From assembly GCA_026387835.1 (NCBI GenBank), contig JAPLKZ010000004.1, positions 16,234 to 48,233 on the forward strand: a DNA stretch of 32,000 bases, read 5' to 3'. The position numbers and the translations under genes were made by a program. Shown piece after piece: positions 1 to 9,165 of this stretch; the first letter of the stretch is position 1, and the number at the start of each line of letters is the position of its first letter. The stretch comes from Candidatus Saganbacteria bacterium. Its GTDB lineage: Bacteria > Margulisbacteria > WOR-1 > JAKLHX01. The notes beneath the pieces were generated by a model. The model saw only the letters and a program-made list of their open reading frames with translations, was not told where the DNA came from and ran no database searches.

Positions 1-1
1 C

Positions 2-1054
2 CCAGGACCTTCACCGTATACTGAAATGAATATATTTGACCCCCAAATAGCTTCAGTACCCGTCGAAACTAAGATCGAACTGACAAAAGCGATAGAAAAA
101 GCGGCTTACAACCTTGACCCGAGAATAAAAAAGACGGAGAATACCGGCTACTGTGAATCCGAGAGCGAGGTGCATATAAGAAATACCAAGGGTATCGATT
201 GTTCATATACTTCTAACTATTGCGGCGGATTCGCGCAGGTAATCAGCTCGTCCGGAGAAGGTGAAGAAGAAGGATATTATTACAACTTTAAAAAGAAATG
301 GAAGGGCCTTGATCCTGTTCAGACAGGCGAAAAAGCGGCTGCCAAAGCAATGGCGCTTTTAGACGGCAGGACGATCAAGTCAGGGAAACTTCCTGTCGTC
401 CTCGATAATGAGACGGCAGCGGAGATGCTTGAGGTCATCTCAGGGATGATATCCGCAGATGCAACGCAGAAAGGAAAGTCCCTGTTCGCGGGAAAGACAG
501 GCAAACAGATAGCTTCAGCAACAGTTTCCATAACAGACGACGGGACATTAGCTGACAGGACCGGCACTTCTCCTTTTGATGATGAAGGAGTTCCAAAACG
601 GCGAAATATTATCGTCGAAGACGGTGTACTGAACAGCTTTTTGTATAACGTTTACACCGCATCAAAGGACAAAACAAAAAGCACAGGGAACGGAAAAAGG
701 GCCAGTTTCAAATATCCTCCTGTTATAGGCCCCAATAATATGTTTGTCGAGCCTGGCACGAGTTCACGGGAGAAGATAATATCAAAAATAACCAAAGGCA
801 TTCTTATAATGCGCTTAATGGCGCTTCACACGATAAACCCGGTGTCAGGCGATTTTTCCCTCGGTGCTGCGGGACTCATGATAGAGAACGGAAAAACGAC
901 TTATCCTGTAAGAGGAATAACTATTTCAGGCAATCTTATAGAACTCCTCCGCTCGGTGGAAGAAATAGGCAATGACCTCGAATTCTTCGCCCAGGCCGAC
1001 AACTGCGGCTCCCCTTCCCTGCTTATCGGCTCGCTCGATGTTTCGGGGAATTGA
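2..1054 (+). CDS. pmbA: TldD/PmbA family metallopeptidase-like protein, 5' truncated at window edge
   Basis: Frame is open from base 2 through the listed ATG at 26. Motifs typical of TldD/PmbA: GEKAAAKAMALLDGRTIKSGKLPVVLDNETAAEML, DDEGVPKRRNIIVEDGVLNSFLYNVYTASK, C-terminal SPSLLIGSLDVSGN. Confidence 0.85.
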   Translation, partial: PGPSPYTEMNIFDPQIASVPVETKIELTKAIEKAAYNLDPRIKKTENTGYCESESEVHIRNTKGIDCSYTSNYCGGFAQVISSSGEGEEEGYYYNFKKKWKGLDPVQTGEKAAAKAMALLDGRTIKSGKLPVVLDNETAAEMLEVISGMISADATQKGKSLFAGKTGKQIASATVSITDDGTLADRTGTSPFDDEGVPKRRNIIVEDGVLNSFLYNVYTASKDKTKSTGNGKRASFKYPPVIGPNNMFVEPGTSSREKIISKITKGILIMRLMALHTINPVSGDFSLGAAGLMIENGKTTYPVRGITISGNLIELLRSVEEIGNDLEFFAQADNCGSPSLLIGSLDVSGN

Positions 1055-1144
1055 TTGTAATCGCTAATCCCAGCCCCCTCAGCCCCCGAAAATCACATGA
1101 AATTTCCTGAAAATATGTTCGACATATAACCGGAGGAAAATAAC

Positions 1145-3898
1145 ATGGAAATATTAACACTATCAGGCACACGGACTATAGAAGATATCTACAGAAGGTT
1201 GAGAGAAATAGATTCTATAAAGGACGGAAAAGCAGACGGTATCATAACCCGGGAAGAGCTGGGTGAGGCCTCAAATAAAAATATCAACACAGTCATACAG
1301 TTCAACGAAGGCAAAACCTCATCGTATGACGCGATCCAAAAACTCTATCTGAAACTTCAAGCCATGGATAAAAAGGACGGCAGTCTGGACGGAAATATTG
1401 AGGAGCTAAAATCGCGCTCCGGGATCACATTGACTACAGAACAGATCGCTGATGTCAGCATACTTTTAGAGACCGACGATTTTGTTTCTGCTAAAAAAAG
1501 AAGATCCATAATCAGTGCAATTAAAAGAGGTTTTCAACATTTACAATATACGGAACCCTCCGCAAGAAAAGATAAAAAGGTGGTTTTGGCGGCAGTCGAA
1601 AAAGACGGGATGGCATTGCAGTATGCGGGTGAAAGCTTAAGAAAGGACAAGGATGTTGTATTGGCGGCGCTTGAGCAAAACAGTGAGGCAATGCAATATA
1701 TGGATAAAACGTTATGGAAGGATAAGGAAATCGTATTGGCAGCAGCCGGACAAAACGGATCGGCGCTAGAGCATGCGCATTCAGACTTAAAAATGGATAA
1801 AGAATTTGTACTTGCAATTGTCAATAAAAACGGAGGGGCGTTGCAATATGCGGACGAAAGTTTAAAAAAGGACAAAGAAATAGTCCTGGCTGCTGTTAAA
1901 CAAAGCGGGAAGATTTTGCAGTATGCTGATGAAGGTTTTAGAAAAAACAAAGAAATAGTGCTAGCTGCTGTTAAACAAAATGGAGAGGCATTGCAGTATG
2001 CAGACAGAAGTTTAAGAAGGGATAAAGAAGTTGTATTAGCAGCTGTTAAACAAAATGGGAATGCGTTGGTATATGCGGATTATTTAACGAAGGACAAAGA
2101 AGTTGTATTGGCAGCGGTTGAACAAAATGGAGATGCAGTTATATACGGGGATATTGTACTAAGGCGCGGCAAAGACTTTGAAAAAGTCATATCAGCGGTC
2201 ATCGAAAAAAATAAGGGTACTTCTGATTTTGCAAAAAAAAGAGAACTCGCATTAGATAAGGTTAAAGGATTTTGGCGAAATTTAGAGGAAATGGATGCCC
2301 CCTTCAAAAAGGACAAGGAAATAGTACTGGCAGCTGTTAAAGAATATTGGGGGGCATTGCAGTATGCTGATGAAACCTTAAGGAACGACAAAGAAGTTGT
2401 ATTAGCAGCTGTTAAACAAAATGGAGCGGCTTTGGAATATGCGGATAATACCTTAAAGAAGGATAAAAAAATAGTACTGATAGCTGTTGAACAAGACGGA
2501 AAATATTTGCAGCATGCGGATGAAAGCTTAAAGAAGGACAAAGAAGTTGTACTGGCAGCGGTTGAACAAAATGGATTTGCATTGCAGTACGCGGATAAAA
2601 GCTTAAGAAAGGACAAAGAAGTTGTACTGGCAGCGATCGATGAAATCGGATTGGCGATAGAATATGCGGATGAAACCTTAAAGAAGGATAAAGAAGTAGT
2701 CCTGGCAGCAGTTAAAGAATCTGGAGGTGTATTGCAGTATGCGGATGAAAGCTTAAAGAGGGATAAAGTATTTGTATTGACAGTTGTTAAAAAAGCCGGA
2801 AGTGAACTTCAGTATGCGGATGAAACCTTAAGAAAGGATAAAGAAGTTGTATTAGCGGCTGTTAAACAAAATGGAGGGGCTTTGCAATATGCAGATAGAA
2901 GTTTTAGAAAGGATAAAGAAGTTGTATTGGTTGCTGTTAAAACAAATAAATATGCATTACAGTATGCGGATGACAGCTTGAGATATGACAGAGAAGTGGT
3001 GTTGGCTACCGTGCCCTCATTAGACGATATTTACAATTCAAACACAGGCCAAAATGATTATTTATCATTATTTGTTTCAAATATTCTGCTTATGGGATTT
3101 TACGAAGAAAGCGATGCTTCTCTTAAAGCTTTAGCGCATTCAGGAAAAGGAATGCTGTCATCCTACAGGACGATCAATCAGCAGATAGAAAAAACCGGTC
3201 TTAAAGGGTTAAGCAATATTGATCCGGACTCGGCCAATAAATTAATTTCAATAATTGTTGAAATATATGGGTATCATGACCTTTGGGCGACGAGATCAAA
3301 ATACAGTGTCATGAGAGATATCAGGCTGATAGAAATGTCAAATATTTCGGTTATAGCAAAAATTCTTTCTCAGGAGGGGAAGATGGAGACCCCCAAAATA
3401 ACAACATATAAGTTTGATTGGAGTGGCAGACCATCTATACCTGTCAATCTCCCTTCAAATGTTTACTGGTACAAAAAAGACATCCCTGAATTGCGCTCCC
3501 TGCTTAACAGTAAATATGAAGTGTACAAGAAAGCAGCCGCAAAAGCTCTTGAAAAGATAGCTAAGGATGGCGTTGAAGATCAGGAGCTTGAAGCGGGAAA
3601 CAAACCCTCGCCTGAAAAAGCTCAAGCTCTTAGAAAGATGATGGAAGACAAAGATTGGACATTGAGATACAGAGCTCTTGAAGCGCTGCGCATCAGCGGT
3701 GCGGATGCAGCCGAACTTACACCGGAAATACTCAAGCTGTTTAATGACAAAGATTGGTATGTCCACAACAGCGCCGCACTGATCATCGAGAAAAACAAAG
3801 AAAAGCATATTGAATATTTGAAAGACAGTATCAAGACCGGATCAGAGTTTGCGCAAGAAAGGGCTAAAGATATACTTGGCCCAACAAATCCAAAATAA
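1145..3898 (+). CDS. Large DUF4116-repeat protein, paralogue 1 (917 aa; EF-hand-like N-term, ~17 repeats, HEAT-like C-term)
   Basis: Repeats of consensus KDKEVVLAAVKQNGxALQYADxSLR, ~25 aa period. N-terminal DGKADGIITREE loop. C-terminal ALRKMMEDKDWTLRYRALEALRISG...LFNDKDWYVHNSAALIIEK. Confidence 0.85.
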   Translation: MEILTLSGTRTIEDIYRRLREIDSIKDGKADGIITREELGEASNKNINTVIQFNEGKTSSYDAIQKLYLKLQAMDKKDGSLDGNIEELKSRSGITLTTEQIADVSILLETDDFVSAKKRRSIISAIKRGFQHLQYTEPSARKDKKVVLAAVEKDGMALQYAGESLRKDKDVVLAALEQNSEAMQYMDKTLWKDKEIVLAAAGQNGSALEHAHSDLKMDKEFVLAIVNKNGGALQYADESLKKDKEIVLAAVKQSGKILQYADEGFRKNKEIVLAAVKQNGEALQYADRSLRRDKEVVLAAVKQNGNALVYADYLTKDKEVVLAAVEQNGDAVIYGDIVLRRGKDFEKVISAVIEKNKGTSDFAKKRELALDKVKGFWRNLEEMDAPFKKDKEIVLAAVKEYWGALQYADETLRNDKEVVLAAVKQNGAALEYADNTLKKDKKIVLIAVEQDGKYLQHADESLKKDKEVVLAAVEQNGFALQYADKSLRKDKEVVLAAIDEIGLAIEYADETLKKDKEVVLAAVKESGGVLQYADESLKRDKVFVLTVVKKAGSELQYADETLRKDKEVVLAAVKQNGGALQYADRSFRKDKEVVLVAVKTNKYALQYADDSLRYDREVVLATVPSLDDIYNSNTGQNDYLSLFVSNILLMGFYEESDASLKALAHSGKGMLSSYRTINQQIEKTGLKGLSNIDPDSANKLISIIVEIYGYHDLWATRSKYSVMRDIRLIEMSNISVIAKILSQEGKMETPKITTYKFDWSGRPSIPVNLPSNVYWYKKDIPELRSLLNSKYEVYKKAAAKALEKIAKDGVEDQELEAGNKPSPEKAQALRKMMEDKDWTLRYRALEALRISGADAAELTPEILKLFNDKDWYVHNSAALIIEKNKEKHIEYLKDSIKTGSEFAQERAKDILGPTNPK
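1560..3025 (+). repeat. In-frame coding tandem repeats (~75 nt period) encoding DUF4116-type units
   Basis: Direct reading of repeated aaggacaaagaagttgtattggcagctgttaaacaaaatgg-like units. About 17 full units, interrupted by a non-repeat segment at ~2166-2312. Confidence 0.85.
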
Positions 3899-3911
3899 AG
3901 GGGGCAGAGAC

Positions 3912-5924
3912 ATGAGCAAAATAACACTAACAGATTTGTGGAATATTGAAGATATATATTCAAGACTGAGGAAGATCGATGCAGTAAGGGACGGGAAGGC
4001 TGACGGGATAATAACCAGGGAAGAATTGGCCGAGTCTGCAAAGACCGGAATAGATACGACAGTAAAGTTCAACGAAGGCATAATTTCTTCTTATGATGTC
4101 ATACAAAAGCTGTACTTGAAACTTCAGACAATAGATAAAGAGGACGGCACTAATGACGGACTGCTTAACACATTAAGGGTCCGGCAGGGAGTAGCATTGA
4201 CACCTCAACAACAAGATAAAGTCAGCATAGAGTTGGATCTTGATGATTCGGATATCTCCGCAAAAAAAGAGCTTGCAATTGCCAAAGTCCGGGATAAATG
4301 GTATGCCCTGGAAGAAATGGACGCCTCCTTGAAGAAGGATAAAGAAGTTGTGCTTGCAGCGGTCAGGTCAGACGGAAAGGCATTAGGATATGCCGATGAT
4401 TCATTAAAAAAAGACAGGGGATTCGTATTGGAAGCTGTTAAAACAGACGGATGTGCGCTCAACTGTGCAGATGCATTATTTAAGAGAGACAAGGAAATAG
4501 TCTTGTCTGCCGTCAAAAGTTCCTGGACTGCATTAAAATATGCGGATGATTCGCTAAAAAAAGATAAATACTTCATGATAGAGGCTGTTAAACAAAACGG
4601 ATGTGCAATCGAATATGCGGATATAACACTTAAAAAAGACAAAGACGTGGTTTTGGCTGCCGTAAAACAGGAGGGATATGCGCTGCAGTTTGCGGATGAT
4701 TCTTTAAAGGGAGATAAAGATCTCATACTGCAGGCGGTCGGACAGTATAACAATGCTATCAAATATGCCGGCCCTTCATTGCTTAAGGATAAGGATTTTA
4801 TGATGGCAGCCGTAAAACAATATGGACTGGCACTTGAGCTGGCTGATGATCATTTAAAGAAGGATAAAGAAATTGTACTCGCGGCGGTTATGCAAAACGG
4901 ACATGCCCTGTCGTTTGCCGACGATGCCTTCAAAAAGGACAAAGTAGTGGTGCTGGCCGCTGTCAGACAGGACAGATTTGCGATCAAGCATTCCGACGTA
5001 TCACTCCAGAAAGACAGGGATGTGTTATTGGCTAATAAGCCGGGATTAAAGAATATTTTCAACCTGAATATGAATGAAGAAAAGTATATTGTATCGTTCG
5101 TATCAAATATGACGTTTTTGGAATATCAGGAGGAAACCGACGATTCACTTCAAAGATCAGCTCTTTCGGGAAATATACTGCTTTCATCATATCGTACGAT
5201 TACCGGGCAGATAGAAATAACAGGACTAAAAGGCCTTGGCAATATCGATCCGGAATCTGCTAAAGAATTAACCTCGATCATGGCTGAAATTGACGGCTCC
5301 CATGGCTTATGGGCCACACAGTCAAAACATGCTGTCAGGAGAGATGTAAGACTGACAGAGATGTTCAAAAATTCGGTCATATTAAGATTACTTGTCTCAG
5401 AAAGTAAAATGAAGATACCTGTAAAAACACAGTTTGATTTTGTCTGGAGCCACGCCGATTCAATACCAGTTAACCTCCCTTCAAATGTTTACTGGTACAA
5501 AAAGGACATCCCTGAACTGCGCGGATTGTTGAATAATAAATATGAAGTATATAAGAACGCAGCGGCAAAAGCCCTTGAAAAGATAGAAAAAGAAGGCACT
5601 GAAGATCAGGGGCTTGAAGCGGGAAAGAAACCTTCTCCTGAAAAGGCTCAGGCTCTTAGAAAGATGATGGAAGACAAGGATTGGACATTGAGATACAGGG
5701 CGCTTGAAGCATTGCGCATCAGCGGTGCGAACACGAGCGGATTTACGCCTGAAATATATAAGCTATTTAATGACAAAGAATGGTATGTACACAACAGCGC
5801 CGGTCTTATCATAGGGAAAGAAAAGGGAAAGCATATCGAATATTTAAAAGACAGCCTCAAGACCGGGTCAGTTTTTGCGCAAAACAGAGCTACAGATATA
5901 CTTAATCCCTCAAATCCAAAATAA
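3912..5924 (+). CDS. DUF4116-repeat protein, paralogue 2 (ORF open from 3849; start at ATG 3912 preferred)
   Basis: The ATG at 3912 follows an aaggggg-type RBS and encodes MSKITLTDLWNIEDIYSRLRKIDAVRDGKADGIITREEL, aligning with paralogue 1. About 9 full repeats and the same C-terminal domain. Confidence 0.82.
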   Translation: MSKITLTDLWNIEDIYSRLRKIDAVRDGKADGIITREELAESAKTGIDTTVKFNEGIISSYDVIQKLYLKLQTIDKEDGTNDGLLNTLRVRQGVALTPQQQDKVSIELDLDDSDISAKKELAIAKVRDKWYALEEMDASLKKDKEVVLAAVRSDGKALGYADDSLKKDRGFVLEAVKTDGCALNCADALFKRDKEIVLSAVKSSWTALKYADDSLKKDKYFMIEAVKQNGCAIEYADITLKKDKDVVLAAVKQEGYALQFADDSLKGDKDLILQAVGQYNNAIKYAGPSLLKDKDFMMAAVKQYGLALELADDHLKKDKEIVLAAVMQNGHALSFADDAFKKDKVVVLAAVRQDRFAIKHSDVSLQKDRDVLLANKPGLKNIFNLNMNEEKYIVSFVSNMTFLEYQEETDDSLQRSALSGNILLSSYRTITGQIEITGLKGLGNIDPESAKELTSIMAEIDGSHGLWATQSKHAVRRDVRLTEMFKNSVILRLLVSESKMKIPVKTQFDFVWSHADSIPVNLPSNVYWYKKDIPELRGLLNNKYEVYKNAAAKALEKIEKEGTEDQGLEAGKKPSPEKAQALRKMMEDKDWTLRYRALEALRISGANTSGFTPEIYKLFNDKEWYVHNSAGLIIGKEKGKHIEYLKDSLKTGSVFAQNRATDILNPSNPK

Positions 5925-5935
5925 AGGATAAAGAC

Positions 5936-8095
5936 ATGGAAAAGATAACAATGGTCGGCGGGCTGGTCATCGATTACTTCTACCAAAGGTTGAGAGAAAT
6001 AGATTTTGTAAGGGATATGAAAATGGACGGCGTCATAACCCGTGAAGACCTGTCCGAGGCCGCAAAGAAAGGGATCCGCACATCCATACAGTTCAGCGAA
6101 GGGTCGACCTCGTCCTGCGACACGATACAAAAACTTTATCTGAAACTGCAGGCCCTGGACAAAGCGGACGGCAGACTGGACGGGGATATCAAAGCGCTCA
6201 GACCGAGCCGTGTATTGTTCATTCAGGGACGTCCGAAAATAACCTACATCCAGCTGGAAGTCGATGTCTTTATTTCCGATGAAAAAAAAGAGCTCATCCT
6301 GGCCAAAGTCAACGCCGATCCTGATACTTTAAAGGAAATGGATCCTTCTTTAAAAAAAGACAAGGATTTTATATTAGAAGCCGTTAAACGTTCCGCTGCC
6401 GCAATGAAGTATGCGGATGCGTCCTTTAGTAAGGACAAAGAATTTCTTTTGACGGCCTTTAAATACAATCGGGATGTACTGAAATATGCGGATGTTTCCG
6501 TAAAGAAGGACAAATCATTCATACTGGCAGCTGTCAAAGAAAGCCGGACGGCTTTGGAAATCGCGGACGAAGCCTTAAGGAAGGACAAGGAAGTGATGCT
6601 GGCTGCCGTTAAACAGGACGGACATGCGCTGGAGTACGCAGATGCGTCCTTAAAGAAAGACAAAGAAGTAGTAAGGGCTGCTGCTGGACAAAACGCATGG
6701 GCAGCATTCTATCATGCGGATAGCTCTCTTAAGAATGACAAGGGTTTCATATTGGAAGCAGCGGGATTTTTTGGCGGGGTTCTTGAGTTCGCGGACGAGG
6801 CTCTGAAGAAGGACAAGGAAGTGGTATTGGCATGCGTCAAAGAAAACGGGCAGGCATTGATGTTCGCGGATCACTCCTTAAAAAGGGATAAAGATGTAGT
6901 AATTACAGCTGTCAAACAATATGGAAAAGCACTGCAGTCTTCATATCAATTATTAAACAATGATAAAGAAGTGGTACTGGCTGCTGTTAAACAGGACGGT
7001 GAAGCACTGTGTTATGCGGATGACCTCCTGAGGAAGGATAAAGAAGTTGTATTAGCGGCTATCAGGCAGAACAGCGATGCGTTGAAATATGCGGACGACC
7101 TGATAAGGAAGGATAAAGAAGTAGTATTGACTGCCGTTAAACAAAACGCAGCAACATTGGAGTTCGCGGATGAATCCTTATGGAAAGACAAAGATGTGAT
7201 AACTGCCAGCATACCGGGATTACAGAGCATTTTTGATTCGAACATGAGCGAAAAGGATTATCTGTCGCTGTTAGTATCGAACATGCTTGTCATGAGAAAT
7301 AATGAGGAGACCGACGCTTCGCTCGGATATAAAGCTCTTTCGGGAAGCGTGTTATTGTCATCGTACAGGACAGTTATCCGGCAGATAGAAAAGACCGGGC
7401 TCAGGGGTTTAAGCAATATAGACCCGGACTCAGCAGTAAAACTGACATCGACCATGGCTGAAGTATTTTTACGGGGCGGTTATTGGGCTACACAATCAAA
7501 GAACGTGGTCATGAGAGATGTCAGGCTTACCGAAATGTCCAAGAATTCGGCCGTATTGAGACTGCTTGCCCATGAGGGGAAGCTGAATCTCCGTTCAGAA
7601 ACAAGTTTTATTTTTGCATGGAGCCATGCACCTTCTATCTCCGTCAATCTCCCTTCAAATGTCTACTGGTATAAAAAAGACATCCCTGAACTCCGCGGGC
7701 TGCTGAACAGCAAATATGAGGTTTATAAGAACGCAGCTGCAAAAGCTCTTGAAAAGCTCGATAAGGAAGGCGTTGAAGATCAGGGGCTTGAAGCGGGAAA
7801 GAAACCTTCTCCTGAAAAGCTTCAGGCTCTTAGAAAGATGATGGAAAGCGATGATTGGACATTGAGATACAGGGCGCTTGAAGCTTTGCGTATCAGCGGT
7901 GCGGACACTGGTGAGTTTACACAGGAAATACTTAAGCTTTTTAATGACAAAGAATGGTATGTACACAACAGCGCGGCGCTCATCATCGAGAAAGACGGAG
8001 AAAAGCACATGGATTATTTAAATAAAGTTAAAAAAAACGGGTCCGAGTACGCGTCTTTTAGGGCCTTACAAATAATTTGGCCCGACAATAAATAA
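5936..8095 (+). CDS. DUF4116-repeat protein, paralogue 3 (719 aa)
   Basis: Same architecture: DGVITREDL N-term, about 11 repeats, SNVYWYKKDIPELRGLLNSKYEVYKNAAAKALEKL and HEAT-like C-term. Starts 11 nt after the previous stop. Confidence 0.83.
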   Translation: MEKITMVGGLVIDYFYQRLREIDFVRDMKMDGVITREDLSEAAKKGIRTSIQFSEGSTSSCDTIQKLYLKLQALDKADGRLDGDIKALRPSRVLFIQGRPKITYIQLEVDVFISDEKKELILAKVNADPDTLKEMDPSLKKDKDFILEAVKRSAAAMKYADASFSKDKEFLLTAFKYNRDVLKYADVSVKKDKSFILAAVKESRTALEIADEALRKDKEVMLAAVKQDGHALEYADASLKKDKEVVRAAAGQNAWAAFYHADSSLKNDKGFILEAAGFFGGVLEFADEALKKDKEVVLACVKENGQALMFADHSLKRDKDVVITAVKQYGKALQSSYQLLNNDKEVVLAAVKQDGEALCYADDLLRKDKEVVLAAIRQNSDALKYADDLIRKDKEVVLTAVKQNAATLEFADESLWKDKDVITASIPGLQSIFDSNMSEKDYLSLLVSNMLVMRNNEETDASLGYKALSGSVLLSSYRTVIRQIEKTGLRGLSNIDPDSAVKLTSTMAEVFLRGGYWATQSKNVVMRDVRLTEMSKNSAVLRLLAHEGKLNLRSETSFIFAWSHAPSISVNLPSNVYWYKKDIPELRGLLNSKYEVYKNAAAKALEKLDKEGVEDQGLEAGKKPSPEKLQALRKMMESDDWTLRYRALEALRISGADTGEFTQEILKLFNDKEWYVHNSAALIIEKDGEKHMDYLNKVKKNGSEYASFRALQIIWPDNK

Positions 8096-8115
8096 TAAAG
8101 TCCGGAACCAATAGT

Positions 8116-9165
8116 TCACTCTCCCGTGAACATTCTGTTATACGCCCCCACCGAACTTTCCACCATCTCTTCATAAGGCGTTGGTTTTTCAAATATCCCA
8201 GGATTGACCACATCGAGTACCCTTATCGGGCCTTGCGCTCCCTTTGCAAAGTTCGCCCCGAAAAGAAGCTGCGTCGGCGGGGTGGATCGGCTCAGGTATC
8301 CTGTTACTTTCCCGAGGTCATTGAAGAGCATACCGAAAGCGTAATGCGCACATCGTTCGCATATCCTGTCAAGTATAGGGTCTTTCGGGATCAAGTTATC
8401 ATGCCTGAAATATCTTGAATGCTCCGGGTACCTGCAAAAATGGAACTGGCTTTCGGGGTCCGGCAATATCCCGCCGAACAGCATCGGTACAAGGCTTCTC
8501 ATGACCGAGGCATTGTACCAGGCTATCCCGTCGCGTGCCGTATGATCAAGGACGTGCAGGCCCGTATAATTTCTACTGACAATTGCCTCTGCTCCGAGCG
8601 CAAAGACCCGCACTTCGTTATTTCCCGTGTTTTCGACGGCAAATGCGAGGTCGGGATACCTTTCAGGCAGCGGGATCCTGTTGCTCACATGCACGAACGC
8701 GCTGCGGCCGACTATCACCGGCACCAGATGCCTGAGGTTTATTTTCTCACCGGGAGCGGACCCTTCCAGGACGAAACTTTTTGTCAGGTCTTGTTGTAGC
8801 AGTTCTTGTCCTTCCTTTGCTTTCCCCGTCTCGCAGCAGGAAACCGTGAACTCCCTGCCGAGGCATTCAATTGTCAGTCCCACGTCCGCCGGCACGGGCG
8901 TCCTGAACACCGCGAACTTCATCATATTCGGGAAGGACAGCTGCCGCGACTCGCTTCCGTGGCTCAGGAAAAATTCCGCGTCCACAAGCCTCTGCCTGTG
9001 CACGGTCTTCAGATAATCCATCACAAAACGCCCGTCATTTCGGCCGTGTAACGGTATTTGTGAAGGTATACTGAACATCATAATGCGCCTCAGGACAGTA
9101 TCGGCTGTTTTATCGGGGAATTTCAGGTAGTTCGCAATCCGTGCTGCAATATCAGCGGCTTTCAA
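8116..9165 (-). CDS. Hypothetical protein, no family recognised (349 aa)
   Basis: Long ORF with ordinary protein composition. Its start overlaps the end of the adjacent upstream lipoprotein gene by 14 nt. Confidence 0.6.
   Translation of the reverse strand: MKAADIAARIANYLKFPDKTADTVLRRIMMFSIPSQIPLHGRNDGRFVMDYLKTVHRQRLVDAEFFLSHGSESRQLSFPNMMKFAVFRTPVPADVGLTIECLGREFTVSCCETGKAKEGQELLQQDLTKSFVLEGSAPGEKINLRHLVPVIVGRSAFVHVSNRIPLPERYPDLAFAVENTGNNEVRVFALGAEAIVSRNYTGLHVLDHTARDGIAWYNASVMRSLVPMLFGGILPDPESQFHFCRYPEHSRYFRHDNLIPKDPILDRICERCAHYAFGMLFNDLGKVTGYLSRSTPPTQLLFGANFAKGAQGPIRVLDVVNPGIFEKPTPYEEMVESSVGAYNRMFTGE

Noticed and set aside
1560-3025. CRISPR-like periodicity
   Set aside because: Units are contiguous in-frame ~75-nt coding repeats with no unique spacers or conserved short direct repeat. 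No cas genes are visible.
1521-6663. Long antisense ORFs (e.g. 1521-1817, 1534-1950, 2080-2616, 4205-4762, 6244-6663) opposite the DUF4116 genes
   Set aside because: They are low-complexity shadows of the coding repeats on the other strand (repeated CNAxPSxLTAAxTTSLSFxK), and the sense ORFs explain the sequence fully.
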